Source of the DNA: Nitrospirota bacterium | Lineage (GTDB): Bacteria > Nitrospirota > Thermodesulfovibrionia > Thermodesulfovibrionales > Dissulfurispiraceae | Assembly: GCA_963710375.1 (NCBI GenBank) | Contig: CAVPZX010000003.1 | Location: 64,001 to 128,000, forward strand | Direction of reading: 5' to 3' | DNA length: 64,000 nucleotides | Translations under genes and position numbers: made by a program | Notes under the pieces: model-generated | Databases searched by the model: none | The model's input: only the letters and a program-made list of their open reading frames with translations | What the model was told of the DNA's origin: nothing | Part shown: piece by piece, positions 41,147-50,452 of the stretch | How the letters are laid out: each line of letters opens with the position of its first letter | How positions within the stretch are numbered: position 1 is the stretch's first letter

Positions 41147-41153
41147 CTTTAAA

Positions 41154-41945
41154 ATGAGTGCAAGATTTGATATAATTACTATCTTTCCCGAAATGTTTTC
41201 CGCCTATTTGGGAGAAAGTATTCTAAAAAGGGCGATACAAAAGGGATTGCTTGATGTAAAGTTATTCAACATCAGGGACTTTACGAGCGACAGGCACAGG
41301 ACTGTCGATGATGCCCCTTATGGGGGCGGCTCAGGCATGATTATGAAGATAGAGCCTATATACGACGCACTTAACTCGATCAAGGCTGATGGCCATGATC
41401 GATTGACTGTACTAATGAGTCCTCAGGGCAAACAGTATACGCAGCGCATGGCAGAGTCATTAGCTCAGGATTCCAGGAGGATAGTCTTTATCTGCGGTAG
41501 ATATGAGGGGATCGATGAGCGGGTCCGGCAATCCCTGGTCGATGAAGAGATTTCGATCGGTGATTATGTTTTAACTGGAGGAGAGTTGGCTGCATTGGTT
41601 ATAATAGACAGCATCGCAAGGCTTGTCCCTGGCGTGCTGGGTGACGAGAATTCAGCGAGGGAAGAATCTTTTTCCTGGGGCCTTCTGGATTACCCGCATT
41701 ATACAAGGCCGCCGGAGTTTATGGGCATGAAGGTTCCCGACGTGCTTCTTTCAGGCAACCATAAGGAAATATGGAGAAGCAGGAGAAGGGAAGCAATAAG
41801 ACTAACGCTGCTCAAAAGACCTGATCTTATCGAAAAGGCGTCTTTGAGCAGTGAAGATACGGAGATATTAAACGAGCTTTGCTCAGATGGATATGTGGTT
41901 AACAGCAGCAGGGAGGAAGAAGATGAATCAGATACACGCAGTTGA
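41154..41945 (+). CDS. trmD: tRNA (guanine-N1)-methyltransferase
   Basis: [46 protein letters not shown]. Confidence 0.97.
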   Translation: MSARFDIITIFPEMFSAYLGESILKRAIQKGLLDVKLFNIRDFTSDRHRTVDDAPYGGGSGMIMKIEPIYDALNSIKADGHDRLTVLMSPQGKQYTQRMAESLAQDSRRIVFICGRYEGIDERVRQSLVDEEISIGDYVLTGGELAALVIIDSIARLVPGVLGDENSAREESFSWGLLDYPHYTRPPEFMGMKVPDVLLSGNHKEIWRSRRREAIRLTLLKRPDLIEKASLSSEDTEILNELCSDGYVVNSSREEEDESDTRS

Positions 41946-42273
41946 AGAAGGCTTTAGAAGGGAGGTCCCGGCCTTTAATATCGGAGACACTGTCAGGATA
42001 TATGTCAAGGTTGTGGAAGGGGACAAAGAGCGTCTCCAGCCCTTCGAGGGAATAGTGATTGCCCGTAAGGGGAGCGGAGTACGGGAAACCTTTATGGTCC
42101 GGAAGATGTCTTTCGGAGTGGGTGTGGAGAGGATATTCCCTGTGCATTCGCCTTCCATTGACAAGATTGAGACTATAAAACGTGGCAGGGTCAGGAGGGC
42201 GAAGCTGTATTACATCAGAGGGAAAAAAGGCAAAGAGGCCAAGATCAAGGAAAAATCCAGAGAAGCAAAGTAG
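41923..42273 (+). CDS. rplS: 50S ribosomal protein L19
   Basis: GDTV...[33 protein letters not shown]. Confidence 0.97.
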   Translation: MNQIHAVEEGFRREVPAFNIGDTVRIYVKVVEGDKERLQPFEGIVIARKGSGVRETFMVRKMSFGVGVERIFPVHSPSIDKIETIKRGRVRRAKLYYIRGKKGKEAKIKEKSREAK

Positions 42274-42293
42274 GGGTTTGCAGGGTTGTTTCT

Positions 42294-42974
42294 ATGCATA
42301 TCGAGCTCGTTCTTCTTGTCACTGAGTCGGTGCTGCTGCTTTTCACAATCGTTCTTCTTCTGTACAGCATCAGGGAGGGGAAGACGAGAAAGGCGATTAT
42401 CATGGAAGTCGGCAGGGCGTCGAAAATACTGACAAGACAGGAATATTTCATTGCAGTTACAGATTCCATGATGGATGCAAAAGAAGAAGTGGTTGGCTGT
42501 ATTACCGGAAGGATCCCCACGCAGGAAGATCAGAAGAGGACCAACGACATTATCAACAGAATCGAAAAATTAGTCACTGGCGGGGTGCGTATAAAATATA
42601 TGATGCCGAAATACCCGGACAGGCTTCACATAGGATCTCTGTACTCAAAAGCCGGAGCAGAGGTCAAATACAGCACCTGTCTTGCCGTGCACGATACAAG
42701 GTACATAGTAGTTGATGATTTGTTGTCAGTTATCGGGATAGCGGAAGGAGAGGGTGAAAAAGAGTCAACTAAAAAGGGGTACAGGATACCCTCTGAAGGA
42801 ATTGCAGAAATATTTAAAGAATTCTTTTATCGTTGCTGGGAGAGCAGCACAAACTACGAAGATTATGTAAGGGAAGTGCTGCAACAGACCGGCGCATCGC
42901 CGAAACATCTTGCACGTGAATTCCATATGGATGAAAGAGAATTGGAAAGAATCGGTAAGCGTTTCAATTCATAA
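42294..42974 (+). CDS. Hypothetical membrane-anchored protein (TrmB/PLD-like fold suspected)
   Basis: N-terminal TM; GVRIKY..P, GAEV, RYIVVDD..SVIG and F..CW pattern. Confidence 0.55.
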   Translation: MHIELVLLVTESVLLLFTIVLLLYSIREGKTRKAIIMEVGRASKILTRQEYFIAVTDSMMDAKEEVVGCITGRIPTQEDQKRTNDIINRIEKLVTGGVRIKYMMPKYPDRLHIGSLYSKAGAEVKYSTCLAVHDTRYIVVDDLLSVIGIAEGEGEKESTKKGYRIPSEGIAEIFKEFFYRCWESSTNYEDYVREVLQQTGASPKHLAREFHMDERELERIGKRFNS

Positions 42975-42978
42975 ATAC

Positions 42979-43010
42979 AGCGCCGCACCTACAGCGAGCG
43001 GCGCTTTTCT
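42979..43010 (+). terminator. Rho-independent terminator
   Basis: AGCGCCGC / GCGGCGCT stem followed by TTTCT directly after the stop at 42974. Confidence 0.6.
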
Positions 43011-43087
43011 ATTAATATCCCATCTTGCCCACCCAATGCCGGGAATGCGTGTTTGACTTACCCTATTAGCTCATTTAATATTAATTA

Positions 43088-45847
43088 ATGGATAAGCGTA
43101 TGATGAATATGTTGTCCGCCGACAGAGCTTTACATATCCAGGCAGAGCTTGCTCAAAGGGGTATTTACAAGACTCTGAAACAAGTGTTCATGGAAAACAG
43201 TGCCTTTGCAGGACCCGTGCCTGAAGATTATCCCGGCAAGCTATACGAAGAAATCCTTAGCAGAGTGGATTTGTTCAAGTCCCTGTTGCCTGAAGCACTT
43301 TCGGAGCTTGCTGCTGTGGCAGAGAACGTGATATTGCCGGAAGGTGATATAGTCTACAGGCATTCCGACAAGGGCAGCACGTATTACGTCATTGCACTTG
43401 GCTCTGTGACAGTGCGCAGGTATGGCATTGAAGGTGAGAACGTCACCTTTGCCACACTCGGGCCCTTCGAGGGGTTCGGCGAAGTTGCCTTGTTGACTGA
43501 TCAGCCCCGCACTGCTTCAGTGGAAACGATTGAGAGAACAAGCCTCATACTCATCCCGAAGGATGCCTTTTTAAAGGCGGTCTTCTCCAACCAGACTGCG
43601 GCGAAGACCTGTGCCAGGATATTGGCCGAAAGGCTTTTGAAAGGGAACCATCGCCTGGTGGAAGCATCTTCCGCCAATATGGCATATGTTCAGTTTATTT
43701 CGGAGCAGTTGAAGAGGGACGAGCCAATGCTCATCGGCAACAGCCGGGTCATCCTGAAACTGCTGTCTGAAATTGAGAATATTGCAGGCAACAACAAACC
43801 TGTTTTGGTAACGGGAGAGCCCGGGACCGAAATGTTTGATGTTGCCGGCCTGATAAATGAATTGGGAAAAGACTCTGAAAATCTCTTCATGAGCCTGGAT
43901 GCCAAGACCGTTGCCTTTGCAGAGATCCACGATGTCAACAGGAATGATCCGCTCTTTATCGAGCTGATCCAGTCCGGTATTCTCTTTGGCCGGGGTCATA
44001 ACGCTCTGCCTTTCGCGCCTGACCGGCGCGTCGGCCTTCTTACCATGGCTGGCGGCGGGATGGTTGTCATCGAGGACATCGAATGCCTGGCGCCGCGGGT
44101 CCAGCAGTTGCTCGCGGATTACATGGAAAATGGTTGCTTCCATGCTGTTGGCGAGAAAGATATACTCCATTCGAACGCCAGGATCATCGTTACGTCAAGT
44201 GCCGATCTGACAGCCCTAGCAGCGAGCGGTGGGTTTGACAGGCGATTGAATGGCCTGATTTCGGCCCAGATCATTACAGTACCTCCACTGAGAATGCGGA
44301 AGAAGGACATCGGTCTGATTGTGGATGAACTCATCAAGCGGAGCAACTGGCAGATGGGCAAAAATGTCTCAGGGATTGATGAAGAGGCGTATAAATCGAT
44401 CATGGGCTATGACTGGCCCGGGAATACGGAAGAATTGAGGGTAGTCATTCGGAGGGCTGTCAGTATAGCGGCCGGCGATAAACTCACGGTGGAAGACCTC
44501 TTTATAGGTCCTCCGCCTGTGACCGGGAAGTTCACCTTCAACCTCCTTAATCTTGAGCCTGTAATGAAGGTCTTCCAGAGCAAGCTCTATCCAAAAGCAG
44601 CGCTTTTGATCACTGCCCCTTTTATTGCTTTGATTATCGGCCTTGGACTGTTCGGACCGCAGGACCCTGAACGCAACGCTGCCCTGGTGCTGACATGGGG
44701 TCTTTGGGAACCCCTCCTCATCCTGAGCACCTTCTTCGTGGCCCGGATGTGGTGCAGCGTCTGTCCGGTCCGCGCCCTGAGTAACTTGATACGGCGTTTT
44801 GCAGGCTTGAACCGAGGCGTGCCTTCGTTCATAAGGAATTATGGTTTTTATATAACTGCTGCCGGCATAGCCGCTGTTTTCTGGAGCGAGGCAGCCACAG
44901 GCATGCTAAGCTCTCCAAGGGCAACGGCCATGCTGATACTAGCCATTGTTGTGCTGGCTGCTGTTACCGGTTTTTTGTTCCAAAGAACCGCCTGGTGCCG
45001 ATATCTCTGTCCGCTGGGAGGCATGGTGGGTCTATTATCCCGCTGTTCGATCCTGGAACTTCGTTCTAATTATGAATTATGCAATAACACCTGTACGAAG
45101 CATGACTGCTATACCGGTACCGACCGGCGCGAGGGCTGTCCCATGTTCGAAGGGCCATTTTCGGTAAGATCTAACCAGAACTGCATCATTTGCGGCTCAT
45201 GCATAAAGATATGTCCCAGTCGCGCACCGGTACTAAATTTAAGACTGCCGGGATATGATCTCTGGGCAGCGCCGGCACCTGAAAAAAACTTTGCTGTCCT
45301 GGGTATAGCCCTCATTGGCACTCAACTGTTCCGCGGAATCGGCTATTTAGGGTACGAAGGATTATTAATTGGGAGTGGTACGGGAGCTGCGTGGTTCCGT
45401 ACCTTCCTTGCGATCTCCGGCTCAATTCTCCTGGCGGCTTTATATGCCATACTTGCGGGGCGGGCGGTCTTCGGCAGGGTTGGCTTTTCCGTTGGCAGTT
45501 CAGAGTACAGGATAGTCTATGTCTTAATGCCCCTGGCCTTTGCCTACGAAGTGGGGCTACATCTGGAGAAGCTGATTGATATGGGCGGAAGGCTGCTCCC
45601 TATCCTCGGCAGTCTACTGGGGTTGGCGATGCAACTTCCCAGCGCCGGCGCCTCACCTTTGACAGTGAAGACCCTTCAGGCACTTTTGGTAATTCTCGGG
45701 GCCATGGGCTCTTTGACTATAACCGGTAAGATGCTCCGTGAAAAAAGAGGCGGCGATAAACTGCTGAAGCTGTCTGTCAGGCACTATTGGCCCATACTGG
45801 TACTGGCACTTGTGTATCTGTCGATTTTCTTGCTGGGGGGAGTATAA
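43088..45847 (+). CDS. Fusion of cNMP-binding domain, degenerate sigma54-activator AAA+ domain and membrane 4Fe-4S (NapH-like) domain
   Basis: FGEVALL..PRTASV; PPLRMRKKDI, YDWPGN; RMWCSVCP, WCRYLCPLG, CIICGSCIKICP; about 9 TMs; real start may be downstream. Confidence 0.85.
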   Translation: MDKRMMNMLSADRALHIQAELAQRGIYKTLKQVFMENSAFAGPVPEDYPGKLYEEILSRVDLFKSLLPEALSELAAVAENVILPEGDIVYRHSDKGSTYYVIALGSVTVRRYGIEGENVTFATLGPFEGFGEVALLTDQPRTASVETIERTSLILIPKDAFLKAVFSNQTAAKTCARILAERLLKGNHRLVEASSANMAYVQFISEQLKRDEPMLIGNSRVILKLLSEIENIAGNNKPVLVTGEPGTEMFDVAGLINELGKDSENLFMSLDAKTVAFAEIHDVNRNDPLFIELIQSGILFGRGHNALPFAPDRRVGLLTMAGGGMVVIEDIECLAPRVQQLLADYMENGCFHAVGEKDILHSNARIIVTSSADLTALAASGGFDRRLNGLISAQIITVPPLRMRKKDIGLIVDELIKRSNWQMGKNVSGIDEEAYKSIMGYDWPGNTEELRVVIRRAVSIAAGDKLTVEDLFIGPPPVTGKFTFNLLNLEPVMKVFQSKLYPKAALLITAPFIALIIGLGLFGPQDPERNAALVLTWGLWEPLLILSTFFVARMWCSVCPVRALSNLIRRFAGLNRGVPSFIRNYGFYITAAGIAAVFWSEAATGMLSSPRATAMLILAIVVLAAVTGFLFQRTAWCRYLCPLGGMVGLLSRCSILELRSNYELCNNTCTKHDCYTGTDRREGCPMFEGPFSVRSNQNCIICGSCIKICPSRAPVLNLRLPGYDLWAAPAPEKNFAVLGIALIGTQLFRGIGYLGYEGLLIGSGTGAAWFRTFLAISGSILLAALYAILAGRAVFGRVGFSVGSSEYRIVYVLMPLAFAYEVGLHLEKLIDMGGRLLPILGSLLGLAMQLPSAGASPLTVKTLQALLVILGAMGSLTITGKMLREKRGGDKLLKLSVRHYWPILVLALVYLSIFLLGGV

Positions 45848-45892
45848 GAGTGATATTGGCATTCTGACAAAATTCACTCACAACTCCATAGC

Positions 45893-46456
45893 TCAACCGG
45901 GATGTATCCTGGTAAATTTAGCTCCTTTCAGAGACACCCCTCCCATCAGACCCTTCTGGTCGAAAATAAAGCCTGCAATCGGGTGCTGGCTCCGCAGTGT
46001 CTCTACAGAAACGGCTGCACCTGTGTCAATGAGCGTGATCTCAGCGTCTACTCCTGCCTCCCAGTTATCACTTTTACGGAACTTATTCAATACCTCATCT
46101 GTCATGAACAGTACGACCATGTCGTACTTCTCGGCACCGATCTGCCATCCCACCGACCCCTCGGCAAGGCTGTAGTAGTCGACGATCTTGCCGCCAACCA
46201 TAAGCGCGCCCTGGCCGTACTTCCCGCCGATCACGAAACCCGCCTTGGTGATCCCGGGCATGACAAGCACCCCCTTGGCCCCCTTCAGATATGCTGTGCT
46301 GCCTTTCACCCGCTTCTCGAAGTGCTCCATCGCCGCTCTGACGCCGGTTTTTATTTCTCCCTTTGTCTTTGCATATGACACGCCGGAGAGCAAAGACAGC
46401 GAAAGAGTGAAACATAAGGCCAATACCAGAACTCTGAGAACATTACGTATCTTCAT
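45893..46456 (-). CDS. YSC84/SYLF lipid-binding domain exported protein
   Basis: AKGVLVMP...KAGFVIGG.YG.G, GSVGWQIG, KGLMGGVSLKG. Confidence 0.85.
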   Translation of the reverse strand: MKIRNVLRVLVLALCFTLSLSLLSGVSYAKTKGEIKTGVRAAMEHFEKRVKGSTAYLKGAKGVLVMPGITKAGFVIGGKYGQGALMVGGKIVDYYSLAEGSVGWQIGAEKYDMVVLFMTDEVLNKFRKSDNWEAGVDAEITLIDTGAAVSVETLRSQHPIAGFIFDQKGLMGGVSLKGAKFTRIHPG

Positions 46457-46654
46457 ATTTCCCAATCCTCCTCTTTGCAATATACCTCTCTGCGATCATT
46501 TATTACTCCCGGCAAAAACAGTTAAACACCGGTATGCTTCCCTTATCTAAATATAGGATAAATCATGTCCCGTTTAGAGTCAAGGAAATATTTTAATAAT
46601 ATTCTGTTCAGGGTCAAGTTATTTTCTCAGCGGATAGCGAACGATATAGACATA

Positions 46655-47026
46655 TCATTTAGTCAAGGCATACTTTATCGTTATGGAATATGCAGCATCC
46701 GAGCATTCAGGCGCCGAGCAATCATCACAATTTATTTTGCCTTTTAGTGCCGTTTTGCCGGCTCTGACCATCGACCTTATTATTTTGGTAAAATCAAAGC
46801 CGCCTTCGATACAATCGGAACATAGACAGTTTACCCTGAAAATAGCAAAACTATTAGGAGAAAAATTAATTGCCCGTGTCAAAGGTTCCAGTACCCCCGT
46901 TTGAGCATACGTCATGCTGATACCAATATTTACAACTTTGGGGAAGAGTTCAGAAACCAAACCTGCTTCTTCTCTTTGCTGTTTTTTTTCGGCCTTTGCG
47001 GCCATAATTTTCTCCCTGCGACTCAT
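46655..47026 (-). CDS. Hypothetical Cys-rich small protein
   Basis: GGAGG RBS before ATG at 47026; CLCSDC..GGFD and CDDC...C potential metal ligands. Confidence 0.6.
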   Translation of the reverse strand: MSRREKIMAAKAEKKQQREEAGLVSELFPKVVNIGISMTYAQTGVLEPLTRAINFSPNSFAIFRVNCLCSDCIEGGFDFTKIIRSMVRAGKTALKGKINCDDCSAPECSDAAYSITIKYALTK

Positions 47027-47253
47027 TTGGCCTCCGTGAAATGGTCCCGAAGACTGACGGGATATTGTTTTCAAGCATTGAAAGAAGAATAACACGGCAG
47101 AAGGAACAATTCAACAAGGAGGCAGGCGGGTCCTCATACTTTCTTAGCTTGTTATGCGACTATTGTATTCACACTGGAGGGTTAGAGTGAATACTCTTTA
47201 TGTTCAATCCTGATGTTAGGTCTGATATACTATGAGAAATTGAAGTATGTGAT

Positions 47254-47688
47254 ATGAATCCTGATGATCCATATGATCTGAAGCGGTTTCTGAGCGCGCA
47301 GGAAGGTATATATGAAAGAGCGCTCGCAGAGCTTACGCGTGGTCAAAAGCGGACTCACTGGATGTGGTATATATTTCCGCAGTTCGATGGATTGGGGTAC
47401 AGTCCAACGGCGAAGCGATACTCAATCAAGAGCATAGAAGAGGCTCGGCAGTACCTTAACCATCCTGTTCTCGGGAAAAGGCTGTTGGAATGCACGGAAG
47501 CGGTGATTGCTCTCAAAGGCGCATCGCTTTCAGAAATCTTTGGTTATCCTGATGATCTGAAGTTTAAGTCATCGATGACTCTGTTTGAAAAGATAGCAGG
47601 CTCTGGTTCTGTGTTTTCGTCCGCCCTTGATAGGTACTGCAATGGAGAGCGAGATGCTACGACGCTCAAACTATTGATGTATGCATAG
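47254..47688 (+). CDS. DUF1810-family protein
   Basis: DL.RF..AQ, G.KRTHWMWYIFPQ, HPVLG.RL, IFGYPDDLKF.SSMTLF. Confidence 0.92.
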   Translation: MNPDDPYDLKRFLSAQEGIYERALAELTRGQKRTHWMWYIFPQFDGLGYSPTAKRYSIKSIEEARQYLNHPVLGKRLLECTEAVIALKGASLSEIFGYPDDLKFKSSMTLFEKIAGSGSVFSSALDRYCNGERDATTLKLLMYA

Positions 47689-48676
47689 GGTCGTACGGAT
47701 CGCATCGGTGCTGCTTCTATTGTTTTCTGCAGCGTTTTGCGCGGCATCCTGCAAAACCTATTCAAATCCCGTCCTCGTCGATACGTACCATATCAACCGG
47801 CCGGAACCGGCACGATACTTCGGCACGCTTGGTATAGGCGATCCAGCCGTAGTGCTGTACAAAGATAAATATTATCTCTACCCGACAGGGGACAACCACA
47901 GCTACCATGTCTATTTATCCGATGACCTAGTCCACTGGTCCAGGGGACCGAAGGTGTTTCAGAGCAACGAGAACGGTGTATGGGCGCCTGATGTCTTCTT
48001 CAACCGCGATGACGGCATTTTTTATCTCTACTACACGGTCAACGGCAAGATCGGCGTTGCTGAAGCAGACCGTCCAGTTGGGGAGTTCAAAGACCTGGGG
48101 TATCTGATCAGTAACGCGATAGATGCGCACATGTTCCGCGACGATGACGGCTCATATTTCCTCTATTACGCGCGGTACCCGGACTTCGGGATATTTGTCC
48201 AGCCTATGGCTACCCCTGTCCTGAAGAAGGGTGAACCCATTCGAGTCATCTCTCCTTCCGAGGCCTGGGAAATAACAAATGTGCCTGTTACCGAGGCACC
48301 ATGGCTACTCAAACACCAGGGTGTCTATTACCTCCTATACTCTGGTGGCAGTGCTAATACGGAGCATTACGCCATCGGGTACGCAACGGCACAGGGCCCC
48401 TTAGGTCCTTTTACCAAGTACCCAGGAAATCCTATCATTCGAGAGGGGGGTGGCGTGCTCGGGCCGGGGCATGGGAGTGTCACGAGGGATCGGGAGGGGC
48501 AACTCTGGCTGGTTTATCACCAGCAGAAGGATAAGACACCAGGCTGGAACAGGGTCATCTGTATCGACCCCATCTGGTTCGACGAGAAGGGTGTCCTCCA
48601 TGGGAAAGCCACACGGGCAACGCCACGGCCAGCGCCTGTGACAGCAGAGGAAACCGGGGGAACTGCGCTAAAATAA
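47681..48676 (+). CDS. Glycoside hydrolase family 43 protein, probably exported or a lipoprotein
   Basis: DP.V, WAPDV, IDAH.F.DDDG, TEAPW, GP.GPF.K..GNP, GPGHGS. Confidence 0.9.
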   Translation: MHRVVRIASVLLLLFSAAFCAASCKTYSNPVLVDTYHINRPEPARYFGTLGIGDPAVVLYKDKYYLYPTGDNHSYHVYLSDDLVHWSRGPKVFQSNENGVWAPDVFFNRDDGIFYLYYTVNGKIGVAEADRPVGEFKDLGYLISNAIDAHMFRDDDGSYFLYYARYPDFGIFVQPMATPVLKKGEPIRVISPSEAWEITNVPVTEAPWLLKHQGVYYLLYSGGSANTEHYAIGYATAQGPLGPFTKYPGNPIIREGGGVLGPGHGSVTRDREGQLWLVYHQQKDKTPGWNRVICIDPIWFDEKGVLHGKATRATPRPAPVTAEETGGTALK

Positions 48677-48733
48677 GTGCATCATACCAACTCTGAGCCT
48701 TTTTTTGCTTTGGCATGTGGATTTAAGGTTTTT

Positions 48734-49816
48734 TTACGGTAAAACGGGAACTTTTACTTTGATCTCTTCACCAGTCAATGCCTCGGTAAGAAATGTTTTC
48801 AGCCATCTCTTTTCAGCAGCGCTTAGTCCGAGCGGTTTGACAGCAGTGTTTCCTTCTCCTCCTCCCCTATCGAAAAAACCTATCACCTCGTCAAGTGTAT
48901 CGAATACACCGTTATGCATATAGGGTGCGGTCTTTGAGATTTCACGGAGCGTTGGTGTTCTGAATGCCTTCCAGTCCTTCTTGTCTTTTGTAATAAGATA
49001 CCTGCCTGGGTCCTCCTTAAGGTTCCTATAATCCCCATAATGGTAAACCTTGGCAACGAACCGCATGGTCGCAATAACCATCGGATCGTTCTGCAACTTG
49101 GAATTTTCCGGCACGTGCAGTGCGTGAAACCTGTCGTCATCGAGATTAACGCCGTAGTGACAATCGATACATTTCCCTTTGCCTGTGAATACCTCTATTC
49201 CCTTAAGGGCCTCTTTGGAAAGCGCATCTTTTTTCCCGTTCAGGTAGCTGTCGAGCGGAGCGTTTTTTGAAATGAGGGTCCTTTCAAATGATGCGAGCGC
49301 CATCGCGATTCTCTCTCGCGTGACCTCCCCATTGAAAACTTTGCTGAAGACAGCGACATACCCGGGGACCTGGCGAATGTGCTCCTCAAGGTAGTCAAGG
49401 TTCTTGTTCATTTCGAAGGCTGACATCATAGGAAAAAGCGCCTGGTCTTCAAGAGTTGCCGCCCTGCCGTCAGAAAAGAGCAGCTTTTGGAATGCCACAT
49501 TCATGAGTGTCGGCGAATTCCGCCAGTTTCTCGTTGTGGGATAACTCATCGATATATCCTGACCGTCTGAGAAGGCCAGTTCTGGAATGTGACAGGTGGC
49601 GCAGCTCATCGTGCCGTCACCGGAAAGTCTCCTGTCAAAAAAAAGCGTTTGGCCGAGTACGATTTTCTCAGCAGTCTGGGGATTCTTATCAGGTACTGGA
49701 ACAGACTTGATTGGCTCCAGTTGGCCGGCTTCCGAAGAGAACGACAGGGGGCCAAAAGAGAGCACGATCACAAGCAGCATAAATAGCAGGGGAAAGTGCA
49801 ATCTACCTTTTCGCAT
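48734..49816 (-). CDS. Di-heme cytochrome c peroxidase/MauG superfamily protein
   Basis: LG..LFFD.RLS.DG..SCATCH, RNSPT, CIDCH, FRTPTLRE...TAPYMHNG. Confidence 0.9.
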   Translation of the reverse strand: MRKGRLHFPLLFMLLVIVLSFGPLSFSSEAGQLEPIKSVPVPDKNPQTAEKIVLGQTLFFDRRLSGDGTMSCATCHIPELAFSDGQDISMSYPTTRNWRNSPTLMNVAFQKLLFSDGRAATLEDQALFPMMSAFEMNKNLDYLEEHIRQVPGYVAVFSKVFNGEVTRERIAMALASFERTLISKNAPLDSYLNGKKDALSKEALKGIEVFTGKGKCIDCHYGVNLDDDRFHALHVPENSKLQNDPMVIATMRFVAKVYHYGDYRNLKEDPGRYLITKDKKDWKAFRTPTLREISKTAPYMHNGVFDTLDEVIGFFDRGGGEGNTAVKPLGLSAAEKRWLKTFLTEALTGEEIKVKVPVLP

Positions 49817-50389
49817 TCCCCAGTTCCTCTTCTATTATCTTTTTCAGATACTCATAGGGCCGTTCGCCGATGACTCTTCGGCCGTTGACAAAAAACGTGG
49901 GGGTATTGTATATGTCGAGGTCAACGGCGAGTTTCTTATCTCTTTCGATACTAGCAGCATGTTTCATGGTGTCCAGGGACGCGGTGAAGACCTTGACGTC
50001 AAGCCCGACTCTTTGGCGTAGGTTATGAGGTGTTCCCTGTCAAGCGCCGGAGATCTTTTTATCAGTAAATCGTGCATCTCCCAGTATCTACCCTGATCGC
50101 CTGCATCCAGAGATGCCTCGGCGGCTGTATGAGAAAAATCCCGGTATTTATAGGGATAGTTCTTGATAACAAGCCTGACCTTGCCCTTGAAAGTCTCCAT
50201 GATTTTCTTCACGACCGGACCGGCCGCAACACAATGCGGTCATTGGAAATCAATGAATTCTATGATCGTGACCGGAGCGTTCTTTGGGCCGAACGATGGT
50301 GAATCTTCCAGCGGTACAACGAATCTTTGTTCAGCAAAAGATAAAGAGAAAGATAGCAGAAGAATAATAAACACAACGAGTTTTTTCAT
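49803..50389 (-). CDS. Exported DsbA-family selenoprotein (UxxC); Sec UGA at 50242-50240; apparent 1-nt deletion near 50008
   Basis: Signal peptide, GPKNAPVTIIEFIDFQ-UGA-PHC in one frame; AAEA...QGRYWEMHD; after the frameshift GLDVKVF...YNTPTFFVNGR..IG..P ends with TAG at 49805-49803. Confidence 0.85.
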
Positions 50390-50410
50390 GAATAGTTTCC
50401 CCGTTCAAGA

Positions 50411-50451
50411 CACTGCTGCGGGGCAGGGTTGAAAACTGCCCCGCAGCAGTG
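50411..50451. terminator. Perfect 16-bp hairpin after hybB (terminator or mRNA-stabilising stem)
   Basis: CACTGCTGCGGGGCAG-9 nt-CTGCCCCGCAGCAGTG; only a weak U tail on the minus strand. Confidence 0.55.
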
Positions 50452-50452
50452 A

